From: Octopus bimaculoides
Lineage: Eukaryota
Direction: 5' to 3'
DNA: 41,481 bases
Assembly (NCBI RefSeq): GCF_001194135.2
Contig: NC_068986.1
Coordinates: forward strand, 18,397,164-18,438,644
How positions within the stretch are numbered: the stretch's first letter is position 1; every line of letters begins with the position of its first letter. Shown in pieces: positions 36,847 to 41,481 of the stretch. A program made the translations under genes and the position numbers. A model generated the notes under the pieces. It was not told the DNA's origin, made no database searches, and was given only the letters and a program-made list of their open reading frames with translations.

Positions 36847-37304
36847 NNNNNNNNNNNNNNNNNNNNNNNNNNNNNNNNNNNNNNNNNNNNNNNNNNNNNN
36901 NNNNNNNNNNNNNNNNNNNNNNNNNNNNNNNNNNNNNNNNNNNNNNNNNNNNNNNNNNNNNNNNNNNNNNNNNNNNNNNNNNNNNNNNNNNNNNNNNNNN
37001 NNNNNNNNNNNNNNNNNNNNNNNNNNNNNNNNNNNNNNNNNNNNNNNNNNNNNNNNNNNNNNNNNNNNNNNNNNNNNNNNNNNNNNNNNNNNNNNNNNNN
37101 NNNNNNNNNNNNNNNNNNNNNNNNNNNNNNNNNNNNNNNNNNNNNNNNNNNNNNNNNNNNNNNNNNNNNNNNNNNNNNNNNNNNNNNNNNNNNNNNNNNN
37201 NNNNNNNNNNNNNNNNNNNNNNNNNNNNNNNNNNNNNNNNNNNNNNNNNNNNNNNNNNNNNNNNNNNNNNNNNNNNNNNNNNNNNNNNNNNNNNNNNNNN
37301 NNNN

Positions 37305-37346
<42 letters not shown>

Positions 37347-37696
37347 ATGAATGTATATATACTATATATTTGTGAAAAGGCCGGACGGTGTTTCACAAGC
37401 ACGTGTGCAGGCAAAATGTTATTAAATATGGTCGGATTCACCTGAAAATTTGCATACGTCCGTTAAAAGTGCTGTGAAATTTACATAGAAACTTTGAGTC
37501 TGCTCATCTTTAAAATGTTGCCCGAGTAGACGTGAAATCTTTTCATAATACTAGTACGTGTATGTATATATATATATGCCTCAAGGGACACATTCGTGTC
37601 TATAGGACATGATTAACTCTTTAACTTACTGAACCCTCTTTTGTCGTTCACGACTAGAGAGTCCATCGTGTGTGTATATGTATACACACACACACG

Positions 37697-37732
<36 letters not shown>

Positions 37733-38467
37733 AATATATATANNNNNNNNNNNNNNNNNNNNNNNNNNNNNNNNNNNNNNNNNNNNNNNNNNNNNNNNNN
37801 NNNNNNNNNNNNNNNNNNNNNNNNNNNNNNNNNNNNNNNNNNNNNNNNNNNNNNNNNNNNNNNNNNNNNNNNNNNNNNNNNNNNNNNNNNNNNNNNNNNN
37901 NNNNNNNNNNNNNNNNNNNNNNNNNNNNNNNTATATATATATATACATGCAATATATATATTCATATAGATGTGTAGGTATTTGTGTGTCTTTGAGAGAG
38001 AGATAGTGGAGTGAGAGAGAATGTGTGTACGTTATGTTGTACATTACCGTTAAATAGTTAATTGATACTTGCAGACAAGGCAGGAAGTGAGCCATTCACA
38101 GATGTTGTATCATGCAGCGTGTCACTTTAACATAAGCAGTTGTTATATCAAAACCAGATGTTCGACATGATATTCCAGAAACCGTCAACTGAAACTTAGG
38201 ATGATAAGAGAAATCGGATAATTCTCATAGATATATCGCACCGGAGAAACAATGTTTGTTATTCTTCTAAAAAATAACATATGTTAGTGACAGTGTTTGT
38301 TATTTTGTTTTGAGTAATATTTTGTTGGTGTTCTTGGATTGTATTGAAATGTTACTTACACAGAATTGTTTTCTAAGGTGTAACATTTGAAAGTATACCA
38401 GTTGAGTTAAGTGTATCATTTAAAGTATTCATTCGGTCTAAAGACTTACTATTATTAAATATCATCA

Positions 38468-39415
38468 GACGGTAACGAGCTGGTAGAATGGTTAGCGCGT
38501 TGGACGAAATGTTTAGAGGTATTTCGTCCACCTTTACGTTCTGAGTTCAAATTGCGCCTAGGTCGAATTTGCCTGTCATTTTTCGGGTTCGATACATTAA
38601 GTACCAATGAAACATTTGGGTTGATGTAATCGACTAGTCCCCTCCCCACATTTCTGAAAACTTCTGCCTCCGACAGAAAGGATTATTGAATGTTCATGAG
38701 AAGTAGGCGAGCTGGTAGAATCGTTAGCGTGCTGGACGAAATGCTTAGTTCAAATTCCACCGAGATTGACGTTACACTTCATCCTCAGGGGTCGATAAAA
38801 TAAGTCCCTGTTGATCACTAGGTAGGTGTAATCGACTCATCTCTTCCCCCAAAGTTGCAGCCCTTGTCGCAAGATTTGAAATCATTATTAATTATTCCTC
38901 TAAAGCGGCTTGTTGGCAGAAACGTTAGCGCGCCGTGCGAAATGCTTAGCGGTATTTCGTCCGCCGTTACGTACTGAGTTCAAATTGCCCCGAGGTCGAC
39001 TTTGCCTTTCATCCTTTCCGGATCGATAAATTAAGTACCAGTTATACACTGGAGTCGGTGTAATCGACTTAATCCCTTTGTCTACTATTGTTTTCCTCTC
39101 TATGTTTAGCCCCTTGTGGGTCGATAAATTAAGTACTGGTCGATAACCTAGGTACCGGGGTCGATGTAATTGAGTGGCCCCCCTCCCCCAAAATTTCAGG
39201 CATTGGACCTAGAGTAGAAAAGAATGGTTAGCACGCTGGGCGAAATGCTCAACATTAATTCGCTCCTCGCTACATTCTGAGTTCAAATTCTGCCGAAGTT
39301 GACTTCGTCTTTCATCCCTTCGAGGTCGGTGAAATATGTACCAGTTGCGCACTGGGATCGATGTTGTCACCTTAATCCTCTCCCACAAGCTGCCCTTGTG
39401 GCAGAAATTTGCGAT
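38468..39415 (+). mobile_element. Head-to-tail array of family A SINEs (four headed copies plus one 3' half)
   Basis: Units start near 38468, 38703, 38901, 39121 (3' half only) and 39221. Each headed unit has (TGG)YAGAA..GTTAGC, GTTCAAATT and GTCGAT/GTCGGT-AAA core. Confidence 0.9.
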
Positions 39416-39482
39416 CGTTTTCTTTTTTACTCGGATACACACACAAAGATAAATACATATGGGCATATTCTTTCATTCTTAA

Positions 39483-39797
39483 TTGTTTCAGTCATTTTTA
39501 GTTGAACAAATTGACCTCAGCAATTATTCTTTGTAAGCCTAGTACTTATTCTATCGGTAATTTTGCAGAAGGTGTAGATTACGGGGACGTAAACAAACCA
39601 ACAATGTTTGTCAAGCGATGGTGGGGGAACAAACATACACACACATGCATANNNNNNNNNNNNNNNNNNNNNNNNNNNNNNNNNNNNNNNNNNNNNNNNN
39701 NNNNNNNNNNNNNNNNNNNNNNNNNNNNNNNNNNNNNNNNNNNNNNNNNNNNNNNNNNNNNNNNNNNNNNNNNNNNNNNNNNNNNNNNNNNNNNNNN

Positions 39798-39835
<38 letters not shown>

Positions 39836-39930
39836 GACGGGCTTCTTTCAGTTTCCGTCTACTAAATCCTGTTACAAGGCTTTGGTCAGCCTGAGACTGT
39901 AGGACTGAACCCAGAGCTATATAGTTGGGA
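39483..39930 (-). mobile_element. Family B SINE: head, internal microsatellite (gap), tail
   Basis: Tail 39483-39650 and head 39835-39930 (TACGACGGGCTTCTTTCAGTTTCCGTCTACTAAATCC) are co-oriented around a (CA)/(TA) tract and the N-run 39652-39797. Confidence 0.75.
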
Positions 39931-39944
39931 AGTAACCTTTTTGT

Positions 39945-40028
39945 ATATAGATATAGACATACATGTATGTACGTATGTATGTATGTATGAATATGTATAC
40001 ATACCTGTTTTTATGTATTTATGTATTC

Positions 40029-40063
<35 letters not shown>

Positions 40064-40261
40064 CGTAAATATACGTACATGTATATAAAGAGATAGGCAT
40101 ACATACACACGTGTATGCATACATGCATACATATACACATATATACAAACACAAACATATTCACACACATACATACGCAGATATACACATATATACATAT
40201 GCGTATGTATGCCTCTTCTATAATGATCAGAAATAGAAGAGACATTCATACATATACACAC

Positions 40262-40310
<49 letters not shown>

Positions 40311-40390
40311 CATACCTCTATACACACACACATATATATATATATATATACACATACATACATGCATGCATACATACATACATACAAACA
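39945..40390. repeat. Compound TA/CA/TATG microsatellite region
   Basis: Direct reading. Confidence 0.9.
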
Positions 40391-40509
40391 TAGGGCTACA
40401 GTAAATATTCAACCCAAAACCGCTGATTAGTTTGTCGTTGTTTGACCTTAACCAAACGTCCTTATTATGAGCGCCACGCAGTATAATATAAAACTTCAGT
40501 CTTATCCAC

Positions 40510-40605
40510 TGAATTTACCAGCTAATTGTACTGCAGGAACCTGAAATAAAGTGTCTTGCTCAAGGAAACATTACACTGCCGGGAATCGAACTCACAGCTT
40601 TACAA
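40510..40605 (-). mobile_element. tRNA-headed SINE fragment (V-domain-like)
   Basis: Reverse complement: GTGAGTTCGATTCCCGG (B-box) then TTCCTTGAGCAAGACACTTTATTTCAGG, resembling the V-SINE central motif as I recall it. Confidence 0.55.
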
Positions 40606-41481
40606 AATTAAGTACATATATGTTCTACGAAAAGCACCCTGGCAGAAAATAATAGCGATAGATAAATTTAAAGATAAACATATTTATAAGTATTTGTATG
40701 AAAGAGGCTCATAGATAATGATCTAATTATACAGAGAGAAAAATAAATAATTTTAGCAAATATTATTGATATATTTTCTGAAGCTTCTTAAGACATGTGT
40801 GTACGTAACGCTGATTACTTTTCATTCGATGCTCGTGAGAGACTCAATTTTGTACAACTCTGGAGTTAACACAGAAAATATTGCTTGTATTTGGTCAATT
40901 ACTCATGAATGTAATATATATCTAGTCCCACCTGAAATTGTATTCATATTATGATATGGTACTTATAATCCGTATAATCATGTTAAAATCATTATTGTAA
41001 ATATTTATTATTGTAATATTTATAGCATCTATATGGAAATATGTTAAAACAAATGTACGAAACCCATCTACTAACATATTCTCAAATACATAAAAAAAAA
41101 ATTATTGTATGCGATAACTATTATCATATGCTGCTTTACTATGTCGTATTCTCTCCTATCGTCTAATCGATATTTAAATTTGGTCATATTCAACATTGTT
41201 TATATGGTAATAATTAATACATTCATATTCCGATAGTGCTCAGAAAATTAGTTTAACATCTGGAAAATACAGGACACAACTACTATTACTACTAGTGCAT
41301 ATGTTGTATGTTAATAACAAGAATATTCTTAGACTTGTACGGTGGGGTCAAAGACAATCTTTGATATTTTTATTCACCTAAAGTGTGATATTCCTGTATT
41401 CCTCTGAATATGTGGATGTATATATCAGTGGTCGTAGGTATTAACGTATTCTCGTATATACAAATTGTTTATATATATATA

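Noticed and set aside
38468-39415. CRISPR-like repeat-spacer array
   Set aside because: Units are about 200-bp diverged SINEs without unique spacers; eukaryotic context and no cas genes.

Overview
Eukaryotic, AT-rich, repeat-dense, non-coding-looking DNA from a draft assembly. It has 19 N-gaps totalling about 7.1 kb, most flanked by (TA)n/(CA)n microsatellites. The SINE families, TTAGGG repeats and microsatellite density resemble a cephalopod (Octopus) genome; this rests on my recollection of those repeats, not a search. No protein-coding gene, tRNA, rRNA or CRISPR array is supportable, and nearly all supplied ORFs are microsatellite or gap artefacts. Supported content: about 12 copies of one tRNA-headed SINE family including a head-to-tail array at 38.5-39.4 kb, and two further SINE-like families. 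There is also a mariner derivative built from two inverted 5' ends (29078-29910) and decayed LINE fragments. Four long palindromic or MITE-like elements are present, one with an 8-bp TSD and a central telomere-repeat hairpin (8041-8641). A repeat with hammerhead-like half-cores occurs twice. A few splice-site-bounded micro-exon candidates are noted as speculative. I found no well-supported novel multi-gene system.
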